Shown here piece by piece: positions 1-12,673 of a DNA stretch of 64,000 nucleotides. The notes under the pieces are model-generated. The model was given only the letters and a program-made list of their open reading frames with translations, was not told the DNA's origin and did no database searches. How positions within the stretch are numbered: the stretch's first letter is position 1; each line of letters begins with the position of its first letter. A program made the position numbers and the translations under genes. The DNA comes from Phoronis australis. Lineage: Eukaryota > Animalia > Phoronida. The stretch spans positions 24,678 to 88,677 of the forward strand of contig NMRA01000945.1 of NCBI GenBank assembly GCA_002633005.1. Direction: 5' to 3'.

Positions 1-933
1 ATTTTGCCACCTCGTACCAGTCATTTTTGTTGTTAACAGAATTAGCCGTCATGACAAGGAAAAGGTAATCGTCTGCTTACTGTTGTTTTGTACTGTAGCA
101 GTTTTCTTCATTAGCCACCATTAACAGTCAACACCCAACACCATTGTGATTCAGTCAATATACAGTGAAGTCTGTTATAATTTGAAGGTGGGTCAGAATG
201 TAGTCGTAATTGTTCACCGCAGGTTGTTGGATGGGAGTAGGGACGAGACAGTGTGGACACTTTCATGAGTGTATAGAATGTACACATCAGAAGTGAGGTA
301 AGGTCAAGGCTAATAACGGCTTAGTGCTTAGTACCCCTAACTTATGACATAGCAGGGGTGGTGCATAAAAATGTCTCTTCATTTATTGTTTTTTCACATC
401 GAAACTACAAAAAATATTTCAAAATTATTTTTACCAAGCCAAAATACACACAAACACTAGCCTTGAAACAGTCATACTGTTTAGGTATTATATACTGACC
501 TAGCGAATATCAGTTTTGCTATGCAATTCCAGGTGGAGGGGTTAAGTAGCAGTAGCTAGCAAACAAGCCCTTATTGTAACACATGTAATGTTGCAAATAC
601 TCCTTAACAAAGCAGTCACATCAGTATAGTAGACAATACAGTTTAGTTATTTACAAGTATTGGAGAGAGCCATGTTCAGGGGACTGTTTCGTGAAACTTC
701 TATTTAGTCTTGAGTCCTATGTTTACCATTACCTACACAGGTTTATTCCATAACCATGTGACCCATGAAAGTGTGATGTTATTTCGTCACTATGAAGGAT
801 AAAACTCCCATGAAACAGAGCCCTCAGGTGACTATTATGAAGCTTTAGAGAGTGTGCTGTGCAGGGTGGTTATTGATTACATGGTTATGATGTGACCACA
901 CTCAAGCATGCCTCAAAACGGGCAACACCTTAC

Positions 934-963
934 CATGTCTTTCAACAGGCTGCTATTAATGAT
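934..963 (-). CDS. BAIAP3: Candidate 30-nt in-frame microexon of BAIAP3-like gene (IINSSLLKDM)
   Basis: gcgtttgctgtgatttcAG acceptor, ATG|GTAAGG donor, phases 0-0, no stop. No homology support. Confidence 0.45.
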
Positions 964-1511
964 CTGAAATCACAGCAAACGCAGCACACGTGACAGGAAG
1001 CTGGCTGGTCTGGCACGATTTTATTGACAATGATACCTATCACACCAATGATTGGTGTGTGTGTAGATACACTATCATACAATAATTTAAAAGTGGCAAT
1101 AAACCTTCTCTCTATCACAAAAAACAATTAATTTATAATTTGGTCTCAGACTTTAATCAAATCAAAGGACTGGGGTTACTGCTTGAAACCAAACTCTGCA
1201 AGTTAATTTGGCACTGTTTGTCATTTTATTCTAAGAACATGGTCTTAAGAATTAAGGAACTTACAATCCTTTGCAAGACCTCAAATCACTTCTCATCTTA
1301 GATAAGCAGTGAGTGCTCTAAATTGAAATTTAATTTCTTTGACAGAACATGGGTATATTGCCACTTTAAGTAAGACTCTTGCAGTTATGACATGCCCAGA
1401 ATCTTGGCACATGTAGGTGATATGAAGCCAGCCTTGTTGGTCTGACTGTGTCCATACAGTCTATAACATATCAAACTCCCATGACTCAATGTCCATTTCA
1501 ATCTCAGTTAA

Positions 1512-2847
1512 AACAAAAAAAAATGTGGAGTGTTGAAATGCACCCACAAATGCACCGCTAACGGTGTGCTTCTAGGGATGTTCATTTGGAACATAAAAAT
1601 GGCGGCAACTTCATGGCGCAAAATATGTCGAATCCATCCGAAAACTTATATGTGTCATCAAAGCTATTTACCAAATTTCATAAAAATCCGTCAAGGAACT
1701 TCTGAGAAAACAGAGGAAACCAAAAAAATGAAATTGCCATTAAGAGGCTATAAGCGTAAAAATTACCACTAAGAGGCGCCAAAGTAGATAAAGTCGTTGG
1801 AAAATCATTGTCAGACTTCCTCTTCACATTAGGAACATACATGCCAATTTCCTTAACCATCCTTAGAGTGGTTTTGGTTGACAAAGGCCCAGACGCCAAA
1901 TAACAAGACTCAAAAACAGTAACAATGGCCACAAGGTGGTGCAAAATGCCTCGACTTTTACCGAAAACCGGATGATAGCGTCACCTCACTATTAGATGCC
2001 TAACTGCCAAATTTCATGAAAATCCATTGATGACCTTTTAAGATACAGAAGTAAACGTTAAAAAATCAAATTGCCACTAAAAGGCACACCGGTAGCCCAG
2101 TCCGTCCGAAAGTCATCACCCTCTGTTGTCAACTTCATATAATTTATGAAAATCTGTTGAGGACCTCCAAATCTACAGGTTGAGGTAAGCGTAAAAAATT
2201 CACATTGCCACTAGGGGAGCACCAGTAGTCAAAGAAGTCAGAAATTCGTTGTCATCCGGCGTCAGCTTCATGGGAACACATCAGCCAAATCACATCAAAA
2301 TCCTGTGAGGGGTTTAGGAGATATGGCCATGGGAGCAGAAAAAAACAAAACTACCACTAGGAAGCGCCACAGTAGTCGAAGTCGTTGGAAAAATCATCGT
2401 CGACCGATCTCTTCACAGTAAAAACATTTCAAAATCATCCCTAGAGTGGTTTGACTGATAGAACGGCGGACGCCAAAAACAGACTCGAAAACAGCAAAAA
2501 TGGCCACTAGGTGGCGCAAAGTACCTCAAATCCGTCCGAAAACAGTAGGATGGCATCATCTCACTAATAAATTCCCAACTGCCAATTAAATTTTATGAAA
2601 ATCCGTTGAGGACCTCCGAAGATACAGAGGTAACCAAAAAAAAAACAAAAATTGACTCTAGGGGGCACAACGGTAGTCGGAGAGGGCTGAAATTCGTCGT
2701 CGTCCGTCGTGAGCTTCATAGGAACACATCTGCCAAATCTCATCATGATCCTGTGAGGGGTTTAGGAGATACAGCGGCGGACGCCGGACGCCCAAATAGA
2801 GATGACGGCAATATGTGACCACATATAAATATGTGGGCGCATAAAAA
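1512..2847 (+). mobile_element. Non-autonomous Helentron-associated (HINE/DINE-1-like) element, copy 1, built of diverged ~140-150 bp subunits
   Basis: Homologous to 5421-6913. Recurrent tgccaaatttcatgaaaatcc and ccactaggtggcgc blocks, a gacggc/gacgcc-rich stretch, and a 3' hairpin (ccacata-taaa-tatgtgg) before aaaaa. The class assignment rests on structural resemblance. Confidence 0.65.
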
Positions 2848-2952
2848 TCTTTCTGCATTTTTAATATTTCAGCTCTTTCATCAATTTAAATTACAAAAAA
2901 ATTGAACCAGATTGCGCTGAACACAGAGAACAGACATAAATGCAATATTTAC

Positions 2953-3174
2953 CTCCTCTCTAGAGAGAGAGCCTGGCTCCCAACACTCATCCAGTTCATG
3001 TAACAGTTTTAGTATAAACTGGTAGTCAAACGGCTGCTGCATATGCTTCTCGCAGTAGGCGATCCACCGACACATGCTTTGTTGAATAGGAGTTATGTCC
3101 CCTTGTATGGCGTGTTGGTGCAGAATTGTCTGGGCAACCCTAGGCAGCTGGCCCTGCCACTTATAACACTTGTC
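2953..3174 (-). CDS. BAIAP3: BAIAP3-like exon (DKCYKWQGQLPRVAQTILHQHAIQGDITPIQQSMCRWIAY...LSREE); gene continues beyond the left edge
   Basis: WxGxLxxxAxTILHQHAIQGD motif; tactccAG acceptor, GAG|GTAAAT donor, 222 nt, phases 0-0. Confidence 0.96.
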
Positions 3175-3883
3175 CTGGAGTATTAGAACGGTCCTTTGAT
3201 CATGTGATATCACTTACGGTGTATGAGAAGGGTGTGGTAATGTGATGACTATATAGAACCAGACACTTTCTCAAAACACATGGACAGCAGCATATCAGAC
3301 AGAGGACTACCATACGATGCTTGTTACGTCAGGCATTGGAAGCACACATCAAAGACTATACACAATTTGTGTATCATATACATACAGTGTAGACAGTGCC
3401 GTCACATCCCCTGGCGCAAGCACAATAAAAATGACCAGTTCCTGATTTGGCAACTGATGGACTGCTTGAAAAAAAGTGACTACAGGTCGTATTTGTTCGA
3501 GTTGGAAGGAATTAAAAACATTGACAGCTTCCTAAAGTGTCCCTCTAAGAGCAAAAGGTGACGTGACTTTGACGGTTTAATCAGTGTGAGGCATCATTCC
3601 CCGGCTTCTGGCGTATGAGGCCCTAAGTGAGTACCACCGTCTCTACTGCTAAGTTAGAGAAGGTGGCACCGTCTACACACAGTGCAGTTTGTATTAAAGT
3701 GCATACAATATTGCCCTAACTTCACCTTATTGCGTTAGCCTCCATCCTTAACTGCCAATTTTACCTAAGTCATGGTGTCATGATGGTATTTCACGGTCAG
3801 TAATTATCATGTGAATCTCCATCATATTTTCATTCAAATCCACACTACACAACATACATGCATGGAATAGTCTCATCTCATAC

Positions 3884-4087
3884 CTGGAATCGTCGTAACT
3901 CATGCTCAATAAAAATCTTCATCAGATCCTCATGCTGTTTTACATCTGTCCAGTTATCTTCTTCGGGAATTCCCCTGTCTTCCCGAGTTGCTAATTTTAA
4001 CCGCAATTTAATGGAACCCTCAACTTTTGACCTTGATGACCGTGCTTCAAGGTCAAACCATTTTTCTTCACCAGTTGAAGGTATTTC
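3884..4087 (-). CDS. BAIAP3: BAIAP3-like exon, end of C2A (EIPSTGEEKWFDLEARSSRSKVEGSIKLRLKLATREDRG...HELRRFQ)
   Basis: IPxxGxxxWFxLExRSxxSxVxG C2A motif; ctcttgtAG acceptor, CAG|GTATGA donor, 204 nt, phases 0-0. Confidence 0.96.
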
Positions 4088-5420
4088 CTACAAGAGACAC
4101 CAGCAATACCTGCTCATAAATGCTTCTTTGCAAGAACCTCCAACACTAAATTTCATGAAATGAAAAATTAATAAGTATATTACTTCATTCACAGTGAAGT
4201 ATTCAAACAACATTCTGTCAGGAACAGACAAAAAGTCGTTCATACAAAACATCTAACACATACCTAACAATCCGTAGAAACATTGCATAAGTGAACTGGA
4301 TGCACAGCATTGAAACACTAACTAAAGGTTCTGTACAACATTAACGACATTTCTGTGCATTCAGCAAAATACCCACAAAACTAGAGGTTCTAACTCTCAA
4401 TTAATGTATTATATATTTTCTGAAAGTAGATTATTACCAAACTGCAACTACTAGGAATACTAGCCCATGTCTCTTTTGTACAAGAGCAATGCAAAGTGTT
4501 GATTTGTGCCCACAGTGTACAAGTGATATGCTTATCAGTTTCATGTAAGGAACAAGGAAACAACAATTGGAAGGAGTACCTGCTAAAGATAGAATTCACA
4601 ATAAAATGTTGGCACCTCACGTTCTAATTTTACTAGCATTAAATCAAGATGTTTTCAACAATTGCAACAAAGAAAAAACTACTATAGGAACACAGCATTA
4701 GGCATTCAAAAATTCACTAAGTTTAGCCTACTGTAAGAACAATCATTAGGTTTGCCAGATACAAACTTAAGATAGACACAGAGTGACAATGGGCAAAGCT
4801 TGTTTTAGAGTCTGTTCAAAACTGGCAGTTGCCATAATCTCCGAAATGTAACAGCCACTAGGGGGTGCTGGTAGCCAAGCCTGCCCAAAAACTTAGCTGG
4901 TACCAGCAGATTGCGGCCACATACTTCTGTGTCAAAGTTTCGTTGAAAACCGTCAATCAGTTCTCCATAGCTTCTTTTTCAATGAACAAAAGATTGTAAT
5001 TTTAATGCGAATGATCAAAATCTTCTTATTAACACCTTGTGCCATACTGACTATGGTATAGATCTTTCAACTGGTAAAGGCATTTATTTGATGCTACAAA
5101 CATCTCTTATGAAAAAATGAAATTAAAACTTCATTTGACCATCACATTGTGTCCAAAATTGGCAAGATTTTCATCATAGTTACACAATGACACCATTCAA
5201 TGAATCGTTGAGAACTTTTAAGGTGGCCATGAACCTGCACTTTTTGGCAAAAACTTTTGATTTGAGGCACTGACTGTTATGAAACAGGTCTCAATTTTTT
5301 CGTTCTTTTGTGTGATTTCAGGGCTTGGAAGGGAAATGAAAATTTTATGTCTTCAGACCAAGCTCGTAATATTTCAAGTCATAACGTGTCCAAAAATGTA
5401 GCGAGTATGGTATGAAAAAT

Positions 5421-6913
5421 AAACAAAAGCAACGCAGAGCGTTGAAATGTGCCCACGAATGCATCGCAATGGTGTGCTTTTAGGGTTATTTATTTGTATT
5501 ATAAAAATGTCCACTAGGTGGCGCAAAAACGTACAATCCATCCAAATACAGCTATGGATGCAAAACAAAACAGAGCTACCACTAGGAGGTGCCACAGTAG
5601 TCAGTCGCCATCATCGAACGTCCTATTCACATTGAGAACATTTCAATTTTCAAAACCATCCCTATAAGGATTTGGTTGACCAGGGTTTGAAAACAGCAAA
5701 AATGGCCACTAGGTGGCGCAAAATACCTAGATTCCATCCATGACCAGGAGCAAAGCGTCATCTCTTCAATAGATGCCTATATTCAAAATTTTATGAAAAT
5801 CTGTTTTGGATACAGCGGTAAACGTAAAAAACTAAAATTGCCACTAGGGAGCACATGAGTGGTCAGATCCATCCGAAAGTCGTTGTTGTTCGTTGTCAAC
5901 AAGTTAAATCAAGTAAAGATCCTGCAAACGGTTTAGGAAATACAGCCATGAGCGCAAAAAAACTGCCAACAGGAGGTGCCACAGTAATCGAAATTGGAAA
6001 ATCATCGTCAGCCGTCCACTTCATAGTTATAACGTACATGCCAATTTTCACAATTATCCTGAAAGCGGTTTGGTTGATAGATGAGTGGACGCCAAAAAAC
6101 AGACTCGAAAACAGTATAAATGGCCACTAGGTGGCGCAAACTAGGTCGAATCCACCTGAAAATGGAGAGATGGCGTCACCTCATTAACAGATGCCTGTAT
6201 GCCAATATTTATGAAAATATATTGAGGACCTTTGTAGAGAGGTAAACGTAAAAAAAAATTGCCACTAGGTGGCACACCAGTAACCAGATCCGTCTGATAG
6301 TCATCATCCTGCGTTATTCACATCATATAAATGCACTTACTAAATTTAGTAAAGATCCTGCAAACGTGTTAGGAGATACAGCCATAAGCGCAAAAACAAA
6401 AAATTGCCACTAGGAGGCGCCACACTAGTTGAAGTCGTCGAAAAACCATTGCCAGCCGTCCACTTCATAGTAAGAACATACATGACAATTTTCGCAATCA
6501 TCCTTTGATCGGTTTGGTTGATGGAGGGATGGACGCCAAAAAACAGACTCAAAAACAGTAAAAATGGTCACTAGGTGGTGCAAAATACCTCAAATCCATC
6601 CGAAAACAAAAGGATAACGTCATCTCATTAATAGATGCCTATGTGCCAAATTTCATGGAAATCGGTTGAGGACCTTTCAAGATACAGAGGCAAACGTAAA
6701 AAACTAAAATTGCCACCAGGGGGCACAGCGGAATTCGGGTTGGTCCGAAACACATCGCCCTCTGTCGTCAACCCCATAGGAACACACCTGCCAAATCTCA
6801 ATAGGATCCTGCAAGGGGGTTAGAAGATACAGCCGCAGACGGCGGACGCCAGATGCCCAGACAGAGATGACGGCAATATGCACCCAAATATAAATATGTG
6901 GGCGCATAAAAAA
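5421..6913 (+). mobile_element. HINE/DINE-1-like element, copy 2
   Basis: Starts aaacaaaagc...gttgaaatgtgcccac and ends atgcacccaaatataaatatgtgggcgcataaaaa (hairpin). Internal three-subunit higher-order repeat of ~420-445 bp. Confidence 0.65.
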
Positions 6914-7480
6914 TGAACTGTCGGCTCTTCTTGAGCCCTGACATCACATCTAAAGTGATAAAGGAAAGTGCCATAACAATTTTTAATGTTAAGTGAGTGC
7001 CCTTAATCAAAAGTTTGGATTATTTACAGAAAACATATGAAATTTGATGCCACTCGTAACACTGAGGCAGTCTGCAATATGAGAAACATGCCCTTGTAAG
7101 TGAGCCATCACAGGTAAATTTTCTACAATTTTGTGAACTAGCCGAATGGAAGAGAAAGCTTCTATCAAAAACATAGCAATACAGTACTTGTTAGTTATAG
7201 TTACTGTGATCTCTGCACCAGCTTGACCTGTCCAATAAAACTGAAATGTGATATTTTCAACAGATTTCTTTGAGATATTTGGAAGCTTTAACTTTGCTGG
7301 TAACTTAAATGCCCACATCGGTTATTTGCTGCCTGATGGCTTTAACAGTCACGAATCACCCTACAGACTTGTCTAATGAAAGCTCACAACATAACAATTC
7401 ATATGGTAAACTAATTTGTGTCAGCTTCCAACAAAACTTTGACACGGACACCCCACAAATATGGAATTAGACATGCTCAC

Positions 7481-7643
7481 TTGTAAAGCAACATTGACTG
7501 ATCCAAGAAAATCATCCACATTTCCACTGGAGTTGCGTGCAGATTGTGCCATTTGCTTGAAAAAGCGGTTCAACCCTTTGACCCCCTTGACTTGGTTGAG
7601 TCTACTTGCAGCATCAAAGACTGAGGTCTCATCATCATGATCC
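7481..7643 (-). CDS. BAIAP3: BAIAP3-like exon, C2A ([55 protein letters not shown])
   Basis: WDHDD...KGLxRFFKQxAQSAR...DDFLG is the characteristic BAIAP3/Munc13-4 C2A insertion; cacttcAG acceptor, GTGAGC donor, phases 2-0. Confidence 0.97.
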
Positions 7644-8221
7644 CTGAAGTGGGAGAAAACAACTCAACATTCACTGACAACCATAAGACAGATGAACTAG
7701 CGCATGCTGTACTCTTAATAACGATGACATGTTCCTATGGACACTTGCACAGCAACAAAGGATCTTCTATTAACAAAAAGGCACATTCAAGCAGACTCAA
7801 AAATCCTAAAATGACAGTGATGTAAGCTACAGCGGCCTTTGATGGGTCTTTGTGAAACTTAGATTATGAATAGATCCTCTCTGTCTCAGAAATGCATCAC
7901 TCATATCTAATCACTTACCATTCTTGAAGTTTACTGAGGGCTTATGTCCCACTCTTAATACATTGGCAGGCTTGTAGTCGCTGTATCGTACTTCAAGAGC
8001 AATATGACACATATCACATTTTCCATTGCATCAGCATAAAATTTCCACACAAGAAATGGTGGCACTGAGGTGGCCACTTTTCAATTTTTTTGTAGGGCGA
8101 TAGCTCTGATTTTCTCAGCACTGTTCTATTGATTAATTCTTCACTTGTCGACTGATTCCCCTTGCTTTATCAATTTTGTCATCAATGTTGCATGATAATG
8201 ATTACGATGATGACAATTACA

Positions 8222-8420
8222 GCAAGAGCAATGTGAAAGCATTGAAATGCGTCCACAAATAGACCGCAAATGGTGTCATAAAAATGGCCATGAGATCATA
8301 CAGAATGCGTCAAATTCATCCCAAATTAGGAAGGTGTCGACGTCTCTTTAATACAGAACTGTTTGCCAATTTCATGAAAACATACTATGAAACTCCAAAG
8401 ATACAAAGGCAAATGTAAGT
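8222..8420 (+). mobile_element. 5' fragment of the same HINE-like family
   Basis: gcaagagcaatgtgaaagcattgaaatgcgtccacaaatagaccgc...tgccaatttcatgaaaa matches the starts of copies 1 and 2. Confidence 0.6.
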
Positions 8421-9232
8421 CAAAGCCATCTAAAAAGTAGTAGACAGCCAATATCATATTTTAATAGGAAAACACTTTCTTGCAAACATTCACAAAGATT
8501 CTACAATGGAATAAGGAGCTACAGCTATTGTAGGTGATGATGTTGACATTTTCAGCATCTTCATTGGTGTTAGCAGTGTCATCATCATAGAACTCATCAG
8601 TGATGTAAGAGTATTGAGACGCAATCCGACGTCCGTTGCTAAACTGTTGTCTAACTACTGGTTTTGGAGATGATTTCACACCAGCAATTTTGTTCATATT
8701 TGTGGCCTTTAGTCACGATCGTTATCCCTGCATCAGGGATCAATGTGGATGATGTTGTCGGCAGGTGTTTGGGCAGTGGTTTCGTGTTTGTGGCGCCATC
8801 ATGAGGCTATACTATTGTGTTGGGTGCGTCACTGTTTCGGCAATTTTAGGGGTGTTGGTGTCATCTTCATCAATGTTCTTGTTGGTGTTTCTCATTGGTG
8901 GCATTGTTGGTGCGCAATGACGATTCTTCGAGCAATTTGGTTAAGAGCAAGACAGAGGCCAAAAGAAAACACTAAAATAGTGAATAGGTCAAATTCTTCC
9001 AAATTGGGGAGATTGGAAAATCTGCAGGACTTAGCCAGTATTTGTGGACTATGCTATTTACCAACAATTATTAGTCAATGGGTAAACCGCATGTTCCAAG
9101 TTTGTGCAACTGACTCACTAGATCTAAGGTATTTCACAATTATGTGACTTAGTCACCAGATCTAAGTTAGTTCAGAATTTTGTGACATTCACCAGATATA
9201 AAAGAAATTTCAGAGTTGTGTGACATACTCAC

Positions 9233-9277
9233 CAAATATCTAGATGGATAAAGTCAGTGGTTGGATCATCAAGGTCA
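9233..9277 (-). CDS. BAIAP3: BAIAP3-like 45-nt exon, C2A (F-DLDDPTTDFIHLDI-W)
   Basis: tatttccAG acceptor, TG|GTGAGT donor, phases 2-2; completes HLDIWDHD with the next exon. Confidence 0.93.
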
Positions 9278-12200
9278 CTGGAAATAAGAACACATCATTA
9301 AACAACAAACACCGAGACTGAGTTGGTAAACCCTAGATTTAGAGTTTAGTAAACAGTGAGCTCCCACAAGCCATACGTTATGTCAGGGTAAGGGGAACAA
9401 AATAGACATGAACAACAACAAAAAGACAATGTACTCAGAAAACAGGTTACCCATAAAATAACCTTGAAGGAGGAACGTGATTTGGTCAAAAGAGCAGGTC
9501 GTTTATGAACAAGACAACTCAGTCAAATGAATATGTCATCAACCAATTGAAAAAACAAGTTGTTTATGGAATGCAAAAACCTATTTGAGAAAAGCCAACA
9601 ATATTTTAAACACTCACGAGTAGCTTTTGAACAAACAACACTATAAGTTTTCAAACAAAAACAACTTTGAAGGTTTGAGACAATTTCAAAAGAACATTGA
9701 ATTTTGAAAGAACCAGACAATGTTGAACATATAAGACAGCCTTGAAAGAACCAGGAACTTTCAAACAATTTGGAACAAACACGAACAAACAAAGCATTTT
9801 CATCAAACATAATTTGGTCATCTTGTTGATACCATTATTTTCAATTGCTAAATTTCATTGAAAAGACATGGTCACGTGTTCCAATTTATAGCAAACTGGT
9901 ATTAGTTCAAAAATCCAATTCTATATGCTCAATCATTCAAAAAATCCCAGAGTTATAACCTATAGTTTTTTAGAAATTTGACTAAATACACCAACAAGTT
10001 GTCTTGAGGTCCTACATAACCTAAAACTTTGATCTAGGACAAAAGTTAATCATTTATATCATCCCACACTCCCCAATTAAATATCGATGCTTCAACGTTG
10101 CGTGAAAGTCCCTATGGAGATACTCGTGTGGACAGACTGCTAAATAGTTTTCACCACTTATGCAAACCTTGCTAAACCTGGACAGTCAAATGAACAACTG
10201 CTTTATAGCAATGCTGACTTTGTTTTGCTCAAGAGCAGTCTACATCTAACAATGAACATGGTTTGACCATTAGAGCTGAACAGAAAATTTTAACCCATTA
10301 AATTTGCAATTCATGGCCTACAAGATCAGGGCTAGTTTCCATGGAGATAATGTAAGATGGCTAGACTCATTTAACTTTGCGCTGGCAAAAGTACACTGTC
10401 GTGTGATTAACTAAATTTCATGCTTTTACCAAAAGTGAACAATTTTTGTCATGTTTTGGATAATTGTTACTGTAACATGAATGCCATGGACATTACAAGT
10501 GACTGGATTATTATTAAATGCCATTGTTGTGAGAGTTATCTAGGACAATGAAACATTGGAATCAATGGAAAATATAACAAAATGTTTTTATAAAAGATCC
10601 AGTTACGCGGAGCATTGAGATGCCCCTNCGATTCTTAAATAGGTTAAGAATACGTAGAGGCAGGTATCAAAAAATGATTACGTATTAAACTAATAAAGTT
10701 GCAACTATGCCCACAGCACAAGTCGGAACTTAATCTCCAAATGGAGAGGTTCTACTTTAGTCTAGATAAAATATTGTCTGCCAAATTTCAAGAAAATCCT
10801 TCATCAAACTTGGTTGACATCGAGGCACATGCAAAAAACTGCCATAGAATAGTTGAAACTGTCCACAAATCAACGCGAGCCATGTTTACATCAATAGAAA
10901 CGCCAGCGTCAAACTTCGTAATGATTCCTCAAACCGTTTGACCGAAAGACAAGGATTCCAAAAACAGACACCATAATGCTAAAATAAACACTTGGGATGC
11001 ACAATTTGCCAGAGCTGTACCAAAATGGGCAGCATCCACCAAAGGACTTGGCAACTACAGTGAAATATCGATTTCTAACAAAAATAATTGGCAAAACTTT
11101 TAATTTTGTCATTGATCAAAGCCTTCTAACATTATTGTAAATGCTTACAATTAATGTCTGCTGGCAGCTTAGGTATAGAACTTGAGTATGGCATCGTTTT
11201 AATACTGTATGTCACTTGTGAATGAAACATGACAAAAAGATTTCATTGGTCCACCCTATTGTGTAATAAATTGGTGACATTTTCCCACACAGGGGTAGAA
11301 GAAAAGTAAAAATTGGATCAAAGGAGCACAACGGTACTGTTCATAAGTTAACAAAAGCTGAGCTCTAGTTAACAGGAAACATCTACCGAATTTCACCACG
11401 ATCCTTTAAATAACTTCTCTGTGATGTTGAAACGAGCTAGAAAATAAAACTGCTGCTAATGGGCGTAATGTTTTCCATCTAAAAATCAATGTCAGTCGTG
11501 CTGTCATGAATAGGAACATAATACTTCGAATTTCACGGAAGCCATTCAAACCATAATTGGCAGATAGAGAGCCAGATGTAAAAACGACAGTAAAATTACA
11601 ATAAAAACACTCTAAGAAGTGACACTTGGCAAAATGAAATAAAAATTTAAAGGTGATGTCGACGACGAAACAAAAAAATTCAACAGCCAACTCCTATTGG
11701 ACCACCGTACAGTTAATGACAAACCATTAAAAGTGAAATGAGGAATCAGTTAATGACAAAAGACAGTAATCAAACCTGAAAACCTTGACTAACTCAATAA
11801 TGGCAAGCCCAAGCATCAAACCAATCACAGAGATATAAAGCCCGTGAGATCTATTCACATACCAAATTTAAAAAGGTTCAATCAAAAGATAGCGGAGATA
11901 GAGTGCACAAACATAACTTGGAAAACCCCCATCACAGTGCCATCTTGTGTCTGACTTTGCTCAAAAATAAAAAGCTCGAGCTATTGGTTAGATAAACACT
12001 GTATTAAAGTAAATTTCGTGTTGATGAGATGAAAAATGAGATCTCAACCATGAATATGATAAGTCAATAAAGTGCGGCTAGTAATAAGTCAATAAAAAGA
12101 ACAGTAGTATGTTAAGCAGTAAATCTCAAATGTCTTGAGAACAGTAAGTCGTAGCGAGAAACGGGTGTCACAAAGCAGAAGTTTCAGACAGATCCGTCAA

Positions 12201-12530
12201 GGGACACCAAAGATCAACTAAAACTAAAGAAATGTCATCAGAAAATCTTGAATTACTTCGGAATGGTAAGTCTTAGAAAAAAACAAATGGCACAATCTCA
12301 ATAGCCTGTGAAATCATCTATCCACAGAAAATAAAATTTGATTGATGGCCACAGTACAATACACAGAATTGTCACACAACAAACCAGTTTGTCAAAATAA
12401 CATTTTAATTACAAAATTACGCACCAAAATGTTCATATTTATTATGCACTAATACGATATCCCATCAGTTGTTTATTAACAATAGAAAATAAAATTTAAA
12501 AGATGTGCAGCTTATTCATATGATACTTAC

Positions 12531-12673
12531 AATCGGAATTTTTCATTCCACACTGGGTTGAGTGTGTTCGGTTTCACTGATGTTGTCTGAATGTAGCGTG
12601 CTGGGATACGAGTCTTCTCCTTCTTGGGCTTAAACTTGAGAGCATTGGACAGTCTACGAGAGGCTTTCTTATC
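12531..12673 (-). CDS. BAIAP3: BAIAP3-like exon, C2A (DKKASRR...IPARYIQTTSVKPNTLNPVWNEKFR-F)
   Basis: TxVKPxTLNPVWNExF C2 motif; ttttcAG acceptor, GTAAGT donor, phases 0-2. Confidence 0.96.

Noticed and set aside
3218-3248. Possible 31-nt exon with a GTAAGT donor just upstream of exon 2953-3174
   Set aside because: It would shift the frame and leave an intron of only 43 nt.
7919-7980. ATG|GTAAGT donor in the intron before the WDHDD exon
   Set aside because: Candidate acceptors are weak or frame-shifting, and inclusion would break the conserved HLDIWDHD motif.
8461-9147. ORFs 8461-8697 (-) and 8743-9147 (+) in a BAIAP3 intron, with a polypyrimidine tract near 8930-8970
   Set aside because: Low-complexity CAA/GAT-rich sequence with stops in all extended frames and no recognisable domain. 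Splicing from the phase-2 upstream exon would create TGA immediately.
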